DNA of 64,000 bases. Source: Anthoceros angustus (Eukaryota; Plantae; Anthocerotophyta). The notes under the pieces were generated by a model, which ran no database searches, was not told the DNA's origin, and worked only from the letters and a program-made list of their open reading frames with translations. The stretch is taken from assembly GCA_010909165.1 (NCBI GenBank), contig VJWM01000044.1, positions 1,488,001-1,552,000 on the forward strand, given 5' to 3'. Made by a program: the position numbers and the translations under genes. Below are positions 11,601-23,900 of the stretch, piece by piece (the first letter of the stretch is position 1; the number at the start of each line of letters is the position of its first letter).

Positions 11601-14412
11601 CATATGGAGTGCCCTGTGAGAGGGATGAGGTAATTGTGCGATTACCAATGTAGACAGCATGCTGCATCGCCTCTGGCCAATAGGATTTCGGGAGCTGTGC
11701 ATGAATAAGCATGGCTAGCCCGCAATTTTGTATAGTTTGGTTCATCTGTTCTGCGACCCCATTCTGCTGAGAGGTGTATGGAGTGGTAATCTGCCGATGA
11801 AAGCCGTGTTCCTTGCAGAAGGTGGAAAATTGGGTGGAGCAGTATTCACCACCGCCGTCTGATCTGAGGCAGAGTAAGGTGTCACCCGTTTGCTTCTCCG
11901 ACCATATCTTGTACTCTTTAAAGCATGGGAATGCTTGGGCCTTGTTCTTGAGGATGTATATAACGGTGAATCGAGTGAAGTCGTCGATTACCAGCATGAA
12001 ATATGTGTATCCAAATAGGGATTGCGTGAAAGGCCCGCATAGGTCGGAATGCACTAACTGAAGCCGCTTGGTAGCTCGTGTGTAGGATGCCTTAGGGAAG
12101 GCTGAGCGGTGACTCTTGCCGAGGGAGCATGCGTCGCAGATACCGAAGTCCTCGATATTGGTAAGAGGAATACCATGAGCAGCTTGTGTTTTAATCATAT
12201 CCTGCATTCTCTGCACGTTCATGTGCCCAAGCCGGGCGTGCCAGAGAAAGGTCTGATTTTGTCTCTGTGTGCCAGAGAGTGAAGAGGTGGCTAACCCGTA
12301 GGTGGTACAAATCATCGTTCTTAAGGTCGCCTGTGTCGACGCCTTTGTGGGGTTTCTATGACGCATGGCCATCTCCAAAACAAACGTAGCATCCATGATC
12401 AACCTTACGTCGGAAAGAGATTTTTGGTGAGTCCGGTACTAAGAGGACGTCCCGAAATTTGCAGGGTTGAATTAGGTTGGACGCTTAGGTCTACAGATCC
12501 GACCCCTATTATGTGGTGTTTGGAGTTGTCACCAAGGCTAACAAAGTTGGATTGTGCTGTAGGGTTGAGGCCTGTGAAGTATTCCTCGTGGGGAGTCATA
12601 TGCTGCGAAGCTCCGGAATCTATGTACCAGGCATGTTCCCCTTGTGCTGAAAAACAGGAAGCTACAAGAGCTGAGGGTGTGCTAGCTGTAGGTGGTGTTT
12701 CATGGCTAACGTGAGTAAAGAAAGCCTTGGAGTGTCGCTGCATGGTTAAGGCCAGCTGTCCAGAATGTTGATTTTTGTAGTTGTTAGAAGAGCCTAATCT
12801 TTTCCGGCATTCCTCGTATGTGTGTCCAGGGATTTTGCAGTAGCCGCAGATGGGCTTCCATGAAGGGTTGTATGTACCTCGGCCACGGCTGGGAAAGGAG
12901 CCCCGTCCTCTAGGGGTGCCGCGGTTTGTTCCCCGGAAATTGCCTTGTCCGCGACCACGTTGCCTCCCTCTTCCTGTGAAGAAGGCGCTGCTGGAGGAGG
13001 GTTCTCCGGCGTGAGCGAAGACCTTCCTGCGGCCTTCCTCTGTAAGCATAGCACTGAGTACCTTGTTGATCGTTAGAGGTTGAATGCCCGTAAGCTTTGC
13101 ACGGCGACCCACGATTCGGTAGTGTTGATAGCGTAACTGCCGCTAGGAGCTCCTCGGGATGTTGAAGCCAAGGGCCCGGAACTTCACCGCCCAGCTCGAA
13201 ACACCATTGCATGGTGGTCCACATGGTCACCCTCTGCCATGCGGAGGCTGAGGTAGCTCTTGATGGTGTGTATTGTATGCATAATGTCGTGGGCGTCATA
13301 GATTTCATGTGGGCTGCCGGGCCGTGTCGCCCCTCGAGCTTGGACGGTGCCTTGCTTCATGCTTTGCATGAGAACATTTTTAGCTTGTTGGTTGTGGTCC
13401 TCCCAGTCGTCTTTGTCTTGCTGGGTTCCTGCTGCGGGGAAAGGTATGGGGACTGGGGGGTTGCCTACCCCGTCGACGTAGCCCCAGAGCTTGCGCTCTT
13501 TGAGGATGTTGGTCATCCTGAATTTCCAGTATGGAAATTGTGTTGCTGGCCATCGAACTTGTCCTCCTTGGACAAGGAGAGGTGAGAGGTTGACATCTTG
13601 TGTGTGTCTGGTTTCTAGACTCTGGCGTGTTTAGTAGGGTAGATATTTCTATTTGCATAGTAATAAGGACTCATCGTTCGTTGGGGAGATTTTATGTGGG
13701 CATGTGGTTGGTCCGATTCATCAATTTTTCAATTACGGAATTGTGGGTGTCTTCTATGTCTATTGCAGATGGAAGTTGGTAGAGGCCATGTTGGCGGCTT
13801 AGGTTTCCTAGGCAAGATGTGACTTGCTGTTTGACAGTTTCATGGGAAATTGGGGCAATTACGTCCAGGGTTGTAGTGAACTGTTTCTTCATGGTTGGTG
13901 AAACAAAAATTCAACTTGCAGATAAGACCAATCGTACTCTGTTGGGTCAATGTGACCTCTTAAGAGAATTTCTTCCCCAATTAGCAGCAGGACACCGCAG
14001 GTAACGTTCCAGCCGTAATGCCACAAGTTTTCTCCTGCTTCTTTAAGATTCCTTTGCTCTCTAAGTGATCTGACATTTTCTAAATGTTCTGCTTGCAGCC
14101 TTGCTCTTCTTTCGAGGCGTTGGCGCCTTATGGCTCCAGGCATGATGAGGAGACACATATGGATGTCATGGGGTGGCTGGATAGGTAGAGCAGAGGCGGG
14201 CGTCCGGCTCTGATACCATGTGAAGAGCTGATGCGTTCAGGATCTTACATTAGATTACATAAGAGTACAGAGAATGTTCAGAATGTAGGCTTGGCCATTG
14301 CCCAAGCGGTGTTGTGCGTAACCGTTTTGAATGGTGACCATTCAAGGTGGCGCGTGAGCTGTAATGACTTAAATAATGAAGCGTGCTAAGGGCTAATGCT
14401 ATCATTTTAACA
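8605..14412 (-). mobile_element. Ty1/copia LTR retrotransposon (copia-1) with frameshifted gag-pol
   Basis: LTRs 8605-8800 and 14219-14412 (TG..CA, 1 substitution plus a 2-bp indel). Met-tRNA PBS at 14207-14218 and PPT at ~8801-8810. Gag CCHC (CGYCKIPGHTYEEC), protease WYIDSGAS, integrase (WHARLGH, HSDLCGP, SDGGGEY), RT (QLDIKTAF, LYGLKQS, YVDD) and RNase H fragments, in copia domain order. Confidence 0.95.
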
Positions 14413-14886
14413 CTCCCACTTAGCATGTAGTCCTTAGGCTATATATATATATATGTGTGCAAACTTTGCTAAGCTTTGTGTGTAACTTCTGAGACTCTTC
14501 TTAGTCCCATATGCTTCACGTGTTCTTGATGCTTGATCGAGCTAAGTGCTTTCGTGAGCACGTCCGCCGTCATCTGTTCTGTCGGGCAATAAACAACTAT
14601 AAACTTGCCTTCATCAACTACTTGCCTTATGAAGTGAAATTGCACCTCTATGTGCTTCGTCCGCGCGTGGAACTTTGGATTATACGTGAGTGCAATAGCA
14701 CTCTGGTTATCGCAATAGAGGCCTGGGGATCCTTTGCGTTTCGCCTAACTCCGAAAGTTGTAGAAGTTGCCAAAGTCCATCTTTACAAGCATGTGTTAAA
14801 GAGCAATACTCAGCCTCTGTTGAGCTGAGTGCGACCACCTGTTGCCTCTTGCTGCTCCAGCTTGTTGCTGTGCCTCCGAACAGGTA
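14413..14886 (-). mobile_element. Second, truncated copy of the copia-1 3' internal region (RNase H to PPT) sharing the 14219-14412 LTR
   Basis: Direct repeat of 8801-~9262, including the PPT and (TA)n; encodes SWSSKRQQVVALSSTEAEY. Confidence 0.9.
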
Positions 14887-15486
14887 GAAATGGTAAAGAG
14901 AGCCATTCGCTGATGGCCAGGACACTGACGTTGCCATAAATTGGAGACCCGCAATACAGATCCTCGTACAAAAAGCCTGCCACATCCGCCGAGAAGTTGC
15001 CCAGCTTCCGCTGCTCATCAGGCCTCTCTGTGGCAGCAACAACCTGCAACCCCGGCACCAGCACCGGCACCGGCACCGGTGCCGGTACCAGCAACTCAGG
15101 AATTCCGGAGGCCAATTTGAGGAACACTCAGCGCCGCAGCTCCTTGGGCATCCAGTCATACCGGTCCTGCCCACCCGACCAGCTGCTTCCCATGCCTACG
15201 CCCCGAGAGCCGCAACACAAGCGCCCCTCCTGCTCCTTGCGCTCCGACCATCCCACAGCCCGGAACGGAAACGGGAGGGGAAGAGGGAGCCGGTCCAATT
15301 CTTGTGACTGCGATGAGATGGAGGTCGCAGGCGGGCTCGGCAGCGGCCTCGCCAGCGCCAGGTCGTAAGAATCGACTCCTGCTTGAACAAAATGAGCACC
15401 AGAGTTAGCGTGGTGCACAAAGCACATAGCACAAAGCGGAGACGGCAGCCAGCAGTCACAACCGACGTCGCCGATCTACACTTCAT
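14887..15486 (-). pseudogene. GT92/GALS-like pseudogene, 5' part with internal deletions, truncated at the copia-1 junction
   Basis: TM segment (RFVLCALCTTLTLVLILF), then FRAVG and LQVVAATERP..EDLYCGSPIYGNVSVLAISEWLS, homologous to the 17003-18757 gene; frameshifts and a stop. Confidence 0.8.
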
Positions 15487-16037
15487 CCCGCCGTCTCCTA
15501 CAAGTTTCCCAGGATGAACGAGTCATTTTTCTCCGCTCGTGGTCGCCATGGCTGGGCTCGTCCTGCCAATCGGAAACAGCCTCCTCTGGCCCCTGCCCAG
15601 AAACAGCCTCTTCACATATTTTGTCATTTAATACCATAATTATTGCATAGTTTATTCGACCGCTAACCGATGCCTGAACATCGCCTACATGGCTGGCCGT
15701 GTCGCGACAGGAATGGCTGCTGATCGCAGTAAGCATCTCCCATCTGGGGATCTCGGATCTCGAAGCCGACCGGAATTCGGAGGTGTTGGACGTCCCAAAT
15801 GCGAAGACACACGACAGTTCGGCAAAAGCTCATTCGCCTTTCGACCTGTTGGCTCGTAAAGTTTGGGAAGTCTTGTTGTAAGTAGATATTTGCCAATTAT
15901 ACCGTGGTCTGCCATGTGTCACAGTGGCGCAGCGGAAGGGTGGTGGGCCCGTAATCCACAGGTTCCAAGATTGAAACATGGTCCTGTCAAATCTTGGCAT
16001 AAAAAGGTACCGGCAGATTTGAAGAAGTTTGCAGTAG

Positions 16038-16095
16038 GGGCATCCACTCCCTCTAGGCACCCCATCTAAGTACTGATGTAAGCGCAGGATACTTA
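16038..16095 (-). repeat. Copy of the head module of the 5923-6089 element
   Basis: GGGCATCCACTCCCT..GCACCCCATCTAAGTAC..TAAGCGCAGGAT.CTTAA matches 6031-6089 and ends at the same TTAA. Confidence 0.75.
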
Positions 16096-16519
16096 AAGGT
16101 TGCACGGATCCGACTTCGGAAGCCTTTGATGACGTCGTGGAAATGGCAAGTATGCTGCTTCGTTCTCCACCTTTACTATGGCCTTCTCGCGGAGCGGCTT
16201 GCGCGAGCTATGCACTGCCTCGCTGAAAATCTTTGCCGGGTTCAGCACCACAAACTTGCTTCTGCGGGGGGAGGGAGAGGGCGGCGAGGGCGGGAGGCGG
16301 GAGGCGGCTGTGGTCCCTTGGAGTTGGAGAAAAGCAGCTTCTCCACTGCCCATTGATTATTTTTCAGGGAATTGCTAGCTGGTGCTGCAGAGAGGTGGCC
16401 AGCATCATGTTTAGCACATTCCAAATTGTTGGCCAAGCTTACAAGGGTTTAAGGAAGAGTGAGTGGCTTCTAGTTTCCTGTTAGAGGACCTTGGGGAGGA
16501 AGGGAGGCGGGAAATCTAG

Positions 16520-16665
16520 TCTCCTTGCGTTGCTCCAATGTGAGCACATCCTGTTCAGGATATGCCTCCACCAGAGAAATGAGAATGTGGGGAGGCCTGA
16601 ACACGATATACTCATCCACGTCCAAGAACCAGGTGCGGTCTGCGATGAACTTGTACTTGTGGAGC
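16520..16665 (-). pseudogene. Isolated GT92 exon fragment (DxD region)
   Basis: Minus frame LHKYKFIADRTWFLDVDEYIVFRPPH..LTLEQ versus LVKSRYMAQWVWFFDVDEYIVVKPPF..VQFEQ in the intact gene. Confidence 0.75.
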
Positions 16666-17002
16666 TCTGAACTGCCCTCCCGCTTCTCGTTGACTAGAAC
16701 TCTCTTTGCGGGCTATTTTTGAAGATATATGGCAGGCATTACGCTATAGCCTCCCGCAATTTGAAGAGAGCCCTTGTACGCATTCTCTGAATAGGGAGAA
16801 AAAGAATGGCTCAATTGAGTCGACCTTAAGCTTACTGGGCAGGTTGCCTAGGGGCCGGTGTCATCCTGGCCAGCGTGGATATTGCCTTGAGATACACCAG
16901 CTTACAACTTTAATTGTTGGAGGGGTGCACTGCACACACAAGTTTAGAACAAAGAAGTACATATGTAGAGGGCTCGGTCCGCGGGCTTGTTGTACTATAG
17001 AA

Positions 17003-18757
17003 CTACCCTTTGGTGCACACCTCTCCTGCACAATCCTCCTTTTGCTGGCGTAATAACTCGGAGGTGTGGTTCCTGGCCTTGGCAGATAACTTCAGGATTG
17101 AGTCATCGTACTCCAGCTCCTCCATTCCAGAGTTGAATCGAGCGGACACATTTTGCATTTCATCTCGATTTACCCACTGTTGGCAGAGCTCAGACGTTTT
17201 TCTGTTGATGCTGTTGTGGTAGTGGAAATAGGAGGCCTCGGAGCTGCTGACGACAGATTTTCTGTGGCGTGCTCCAGACATTGCAAAATGGACAGAGGCC
17301 GCTGATATTTTCCTTGGATTTGCAGCCCATTTGTGCTTGCTGTAGGTTGAGCCTCCTTTAACGGCGAATAGCAGAGTTTCTATAGTCCATTTATCCTCCC
17401 TGCTGTTCAAGCAAAGCATTTTAACAGGGGTACAGCACCTGACAAGAACATAGATGAAAGCGAGGAAAAGGTTGAGATCTTGTACCTCTGCAAATTGTCC
17501 GATACAGGACACAGATTGCTTGAGAAGAGGTGCTGCTCGAATTGGACTTCTCCCACGTCCCTATGTTTCTCCAAAACTTGGTTTATGTCGGTAAATGGAG
17601 GCTTCACAACAATATACTCATCCACGTCAAAGAACCAAACCCATTGCGCCATGTATCTCGATTTCACAAGGCAATCGTTGAGAATCAGGTATTGGTTGTG
17701 ATAATAGCCGTCAAACTGATTCAAGTCTCTCACATCCTCAATCGTAAGAATCTCCAATTCGACCCACGGACTCAAAATCTGTTCACGAGTGCAACAACTC
17801 AAATTTTTCACACTGTGTGCTTGAAACATTCCTTGCCTTGTACTGCCAAGGATTCTTGGCTATACTTATGAGACCAAATAAACAGGTGTGAAAGAACAAT
17901 CTCAAGCTCAAAGCACTTACTCGTCTCACGTCCTTCGACAATCCGCCAGCATCATGCAATACGAAATGCGATCGATTACCAAACTCATAGAAGTGGAATG
18001 AGAGCCACTCATGCAGCGCAGGCGCATTCAGATTGCCATAGAGAGGAGACCCGCAATACAAGTGCTCATAAGCATACGGCGCCTCAAACTTGGTAGCATT
18101 GTACTCCCCAGGCTTCTCTGTGGCAGCCAACATCTGCAGAACTCTGAACTCCGGTTGAGCAAGCAGCCAGCCAGATTCATCAACCTGGCCCATGTCGATG
18201 GCGCTGGCGTGCAGAACAAGATTTCCACCGAGTCCATCGCTCCCAACAGGAATCGAGAATTCGCACCTAATTACAATCGGAGTGTATGTCTGCTTGTACC
18301 CCAGCCCAGGCTTCTCCACCGTGACAACGGCCCTGGTGCCATTACCTCCGGCACCCCCTCTAGCAGATATCCACTGGCAGCTGTACGATCCGTCATCGTG
18401 TTTAGCAACAGGCCCTGACACTAAGATCAAAATTTCCCAAACAGCCGGACCGCTTCGGTAAGCCCCGGTGACCACCACAGAGTAAGCTCCCACTCCTGCT
18501 GTCCGGAATTTTCCACTGCTAGAAGAAGCTCCTGAAGTCACAGTCTGGTCGGTTTTGTGGCAGGGTCTTTGTGACGCGTCCCTGTGTGCAGAATTCAGAA
18601 TGAACGAGGATCCGGACCAGGCCAGATGATGAGGACTCAGCACCTCCGCCACAAGGAAGTAGGTTGTAGTCAAGGCAACCACAACTGTGAAGAGCGGGTG
18701 GCCGACAGGGCATGCAGGCGCTTTGCTCATTTTCAGGATCGCAGGTTGCGTCCACAT
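17003..18757 (-). CDS. GALS: Glycosyltransferase family 92 (DUF23), galactan beta-1,4-galactosyltransferase GALS-like; exons 18757-17921, 17778-17486, 17399-17003; ~508 aa
   Basis: N-terminal TM helix, LYCGSPLYG, HFVLHDAGG, QFDGYYHNQYLILNDCL, WFFDVDEY, KWAANP, FHYHNSI; GT-AG introns give a continuous frame. Confidence 0.92.
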
Positions 18758-20069
18758 CTTCTAATCGAGCCCGACTGCTCACCTTCTTAACCCGGCTCGC
18801 CGACCATCTCTTGGAGCTGCCCCTGCTCCAAGGCCGGCAGGATCATGTGATACCCGTGCAATTATTCGGACTCATATATTTCGACCGGGATCAGGAAGGC
18901 ATGCATCTTGCCTCTCACAGAGCTGCAAGTGCTTGACCAGTGAACCCTATTTATGCCTCAGTCAGAAGCATTGATTCTCTCACAAATCAATGCTCGCTCC
19001 GCTAGCTCAGGACTACACACATGCATGTACTCGCATTGTCATGCAGAGTGAAGTCGAGCAATGTCCTCTGAAACGACGCGAGTCGAGACGCTACCTTGTG
19101 ATTGTCGAAGTCATTTTGACTTCTTCGAAAACTGTGTCCCCAAAGCCAAGAGCGATGCCCTCGTGAAGAGAGCTCTGCCGAATGGATTGACTCGAAATTA
19201 TATTGGAAATCCAGATTCATGAGTCTGCAGTGCCTCATGCCTCTCGTGTCCCATTTACTTTTGTGAAGTGGGGACAACCTTGTGCCTGCATCATACAGTC
19301 GTGTAGCTTACGCAAGGTAGAACTATCCGGGCTTTGTGCCTGGTTATCCGAAGGCTAAAACAAGGCCTCGAAATTAACAAGCACATCCGCATATTGAAAC
19401 TGTTCGATACCTATGTACAGATGTCCAAAGTAGTCATCAGCTGGCATCTGCATGATACCGGCTGTAGTTGAAATTCATCAGTCCATCATGCGTCCACAGG
19501 AAGCTTGCTCTACAATGGTGAAATCAGATGTTGCATCTTTATTTCAGTGCCGACTGTCCCCGAGCACAAGCAGCAGTTTCTCAATGAGGCCAAGATTTTG
19601 TTCGGAGTGAATCACAGACACTTGGGAAGCTGCTAGGCTGTTCCATGGAGAAAGAAAATTGCTCACCTTGTCTTCGAGTTTGTCCCTCACGGCACACTCA
19701 AGGAATATCTCCAAGGGCAGAAAAAAGGTTCTCTCCGGTCAGTAGGAGGCAACGCCTTCGCACAGCGCTTCATAAAGCAATCGAGGATCGGAGGGGCACG
19801 AGCGGGTGCGAGCGTAGGCATGAGCGCACGAGAGACAGGAGATGAAAGAAAAACGGTTATAAAATTCAGCAGAAAAGGAAAACATATATACACGAGTTCT
19901 TAGTCCATTTTTTACTGTTCATAAAACTATAAAGTCCTATTTACTATTTCTTCACTCCCTCTTAGTTGCAATGTACAGGTAAAGGGAACGATTTGCTGTC
20001 TGCCTTTCATGAGTCTCGGTATTGAGTTACATGTAAATTCCTGCTTCCAAATACTCTCCTCCGCAATAG

Positions 20070-20532
20070 AAATATCACAGCTCTTTGTATCAGCATGCAT
20101 CAACAGATATCGTCACACCCAAAATGACTCAACAGCAAGCTTAAGTGCGAATGTAAAGCTGTTATGCTGAGGGCCATGCCCAAGACGGGAGGTAGAGAAA
20201 CATATGACCCAAGAGGAGCAGATCATACTCATGAGAGATCCTAAAAGTACCCGACGGTGACGGTGCTCCCTCTAAAGATACAAAGCATGAAAAGAAAATA
20301 TCATGACTCTTTGTATCAGCATGCATCAACAGATATCGTCACACCCAAAATGACTCAACAGCAAGCTTAAGTGCGAATGTAAAGCTGTTATGCTGAGGGC
20401 CATGCCCAAGACGGGAGGTAGAGAAACATATGACCCAAGAGGAGCAGATCATACTCATGAGAGATCCTAAAAGTACCCGACGGTGACGGTGCTCCCTCTA
20501 AAGATACAAAGCATGAAAAGAAAATATCACAG
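20070..20532. repeat. 226-bp tandem duplication in the copia-2 3' UTR
   Basis: CTCTTTGTATCAGCATGCAT.. at 20081 and 20307; near-identical copies. Confidence 0.93.
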
Positions 20533-20761
20533 CCTTGATGAGAAAGAACAGGCGCTTACTTGTGAGTGATGGCTTCATCCACCCTGTTCTCCTCTACACT
20601 TACACATTCAACATGCCTACAAAAGGTCCACGTACCTTGACTTGATTCTACAGGGCTGGTTAATAAACTAAAAACAGACCAGCTGTTGTAGACACTGAAA
20701 ACAAAATTCAAGGTGAGAGTATATCACACAAAGATCTAGGCATACTGTAAGGGCTAGTAGC

Positions 20762-20976
20762 CTAATGTGCTGTGCCTAGCCTTTGAGAAAGCATGATCAG
20801 ACATAGTCCTGCAGCTGTTGTATGCTTAGAATGCAGGGGCTTGGATAATGCTTTAGTAAGCAAGTCAGCTATGTTATCACCAGTAGGGATATATTTTACC
20901 TCCACCTCACCTATGTCTGATGCTTGCCTAATAAAGTGATGAGTGATCTCAATGTGCTTTGAGCGAGCATGGAAGA
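20762..20976 (-). CDS. C-terminal RNase H segment of copia-2 pol, separated from the rest by the gypsy
   Basis: HARSKHIEITHHFIRQ..YIPTGDNIADLLTKAL..stop. Confidence 0.9.
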
Positions 20977-23900
20977 TGTGGGCTATGCACTTCCCTGGGG
21001 AGTTAGGAAATAAGTAGGGTTTCTGTTTTTTTTTAGGATTGAAGGATAAATAAGGCGGAAAAGGAGGAATAAATTGGGGTAGCGCTCGGACGAGGCTCGG
21101 AGTATACTCGGACCACAAGTCGGACCCGGTAATAATCCGGACCACGAGGTCCGGACCCGAGGAGGAGGTCCGGACCTAGCCGTGGGACCAGGAAATAAGC
21201 CGGACTCACAGTTGAGTCGAGGCAGACCTCGAGGTCCGGACCTGTGGAGGAGCCCCTTCGACTTACGCTTAGGGGAGCCGATAATGGTGGTGGCCCCGTG
21301 AAGGACCCGAGGAGGCGAGGGAGGATGGCGTCGTGGTAGCGGTTGTCGACCGTAGCTAACGGCGGATTAGGGGAGAGGAGGGCCCGCCTCACGGATCATC
21401 CGATTGGGGTGCACCACAAGCTGTCGGGGCGAGTTGGACCACCCATTCCGAGGACCTTCCCACCCAGTCGTGAAGGAGATAGGGGATAGGTAGGCGGCCG
21501 ATTAGGGTATACCGGTAGCTGCTCGGCTCGAGAATAGGGGTGTAATAAAGGCGCCACCTTGGGCGCGATATAAGAGAGGTGCTCTAGTAAAGCATCTTTC
21601 TCTTGGTGTTGATGCCGCGTTCTTGCGGACCTTTGTGAGTCTTCTTGCTAACGTGAGTCTGAGTCAGCGGCGAGCACGGCAGCTCGGGAGATTGATCAAG
21701 GTCCGGTGGCGGACTTAGCGTTGTGGTGTGTGCGGGGAAGGGTGGTGGTGATCGTGCTCGTCGCGGCGGCCCGGAGCAATTTGGGCAGCGTGGCCGGAGG
21801 AACTCGGGAGGGTGTAGAGCCGGACGGAGGCCCGGAGCAGCGGAGGAGGTCGGCTGCGTAACCAGCGTCTTTTCTAAGGCGAAGAGTGTAGCGTGAGAGG
21901 AGAGAGGAAAGGATCGTGAGGATGTATGTGAGCGATCTGACTGACGGGTCCCTAAGCGTTTGGCCATACCGGGCACACAGTGCGTTGTGAGTAGTTAGGA
22001 GTATGTGTGTGTTGAGGCGAGCAGGCGCTAAGGGCGGTAGAATCACAAGCGTGATGCGGCCTATCATTCCCTTGGGAGCGGACTTCTTCCTACAACGACA
22101 CGGATTGTGCGCCGGTGGCCATCGGCAAAAGTCCGCCACATTTTGGCGCCGTTGCGGGAATGAAATCGATGCGTGGTCAAAGTGCGTCCTTAGGAAGAGA
22201 AGGTAAGTGAATGCGTGGCGGTCGGCGGCGGTCAAGAGTGAACCGTCGGGAGGATCGGACGTGGTCACCTCGCGTGCTCTCCGAGCCGTGAGAGGAGAGA
22301 GGCGTCAAACCCAGAGAGCACCGTCGATCGGAGGAGGGAGAACGTGGTCGAATTGTCGGACCAAGGCAGTCACGAGTGCGAGGGGCACGGAAGAAGGTAG
22401 GGCGCCACGCCTAACCGATGGCGGCGGCCATGGCCCCTACCTCGACCAAACAAGCGTACTCCATATTCGGAGGGAAGAAGGAGGCGGGATGCGGAGACCT
22501 TTGTGGAGGACTTCGTGTCCAAAGCCAACTTCAACGGAGAGGGAGGCGGCAGCGCTCATCCAGCTTTTCCAAGGGGTTCTCCGAGGACACCGCTCAATGG
22601 TATCGGAGAAAGTACCGACCACCGGAGAATGCCCCACCCGCCTCGTTTGAAGCTTTGAAAATGCCTTCTTAGAACGGTTTCGAGGATCGACCGGGAGGGT
22701 ATGTATTATCAAAGTTGGAAAATCAGGCGAGGAAGAAGGAGAAGCCGGGCTCAGACATCGAGCGGTTCTATGCCCCGAGGATCGGCATCCAACCCATACC
22801 ACGATGCAAGCGGTGGTTCGCGGCGGTCTAGCCAAACCCATGGCTGTGCACGCCCCGCCGCCGAGAAGGGCGTGGGCAAGGCGGTCGAGCGGCCGAAAAC
22901 TACGAGGAATCGCTACATCGAGGATAAAGAAATCCGCTCAAGGAGGCAAGAAGAAGAAGAAGCGGGGTTCGGACTCAGGAGGAAGAGTCTTGAGAGGAGG
23001 AGGAAGACCAATCGGAGGTGTCTTGGAGGAGGAGGCGTCCAGAAGAAGAGGTCTCTAGCGAGGAAGAGTATCCCAAGAAGAAGAAGCGGGGTTCGGACTC
23101 AGGAGGAAGAGTCTTGAGAGGAGGAGGAAGACCAATCGGAGGTGTCTTGGAGGAGGAGGCGTCCAGAAGAAGAAGAGGTCTCTAGGAAGAGTATCCCAAG
23201 AAGAAGAAGAGCAAGAAGCCCGGCTAAAAGAAGCAGGGTAAGAAGGAGGTGGTGACACCAGCACCGGTCCGAGAAGCTCCGCCGGACCCGACTCCCTCAA
23301 AGGAGGTAGCAGGTCTGCGGGAGGACCTGGAAAAAGTGATAAAGAGAGTAGAGGACCTGGCGATAAACCAGGTTAAGGACCGAGAGCGGCGGAAAACACC
23401 GACTACGGTGCGAACGCATCTCTGGTGTGCCGTGTGCCAGCAACACGGCCATTCGAAATCCAACTGCCCCTCAAGGCCGGTGCATCAAGTGGACTACGAA
23501 TACGAGGAGGAGGCTGAGGAGCAATGGGAAGAGGCCTATCAGTGCAGAAGCCCCTCGGGCGATATCCCAAAACCATGTATCCGCCAACCGGAGGTCCGTC
23601 AACGAGCCCCACCGATGCAAAGACCGCATGGGAGCCCTTCGTATCCTCCGTGCAGTGGTAGTGCATTGGGCTGGGAATCCGCCATTACTCCAACGCGTGT
23701 CCGTACCCAGGCGGGGTAATGGGGACTTGACGTGTGGCGGCAGCGGTGGGCATATGAGGCGATGCGCTATGTCCCAACCCCGCAGGCAGTGCGATATGCC
23801 ACACCAAGCGGAGAACCCCGACCACCAACGCCACCTCCTAAGGGCTGACGTCGGCAAGTCGAAGATGCTCGATTGGCGGAGTGGGAAGAGATTCCCAGTG

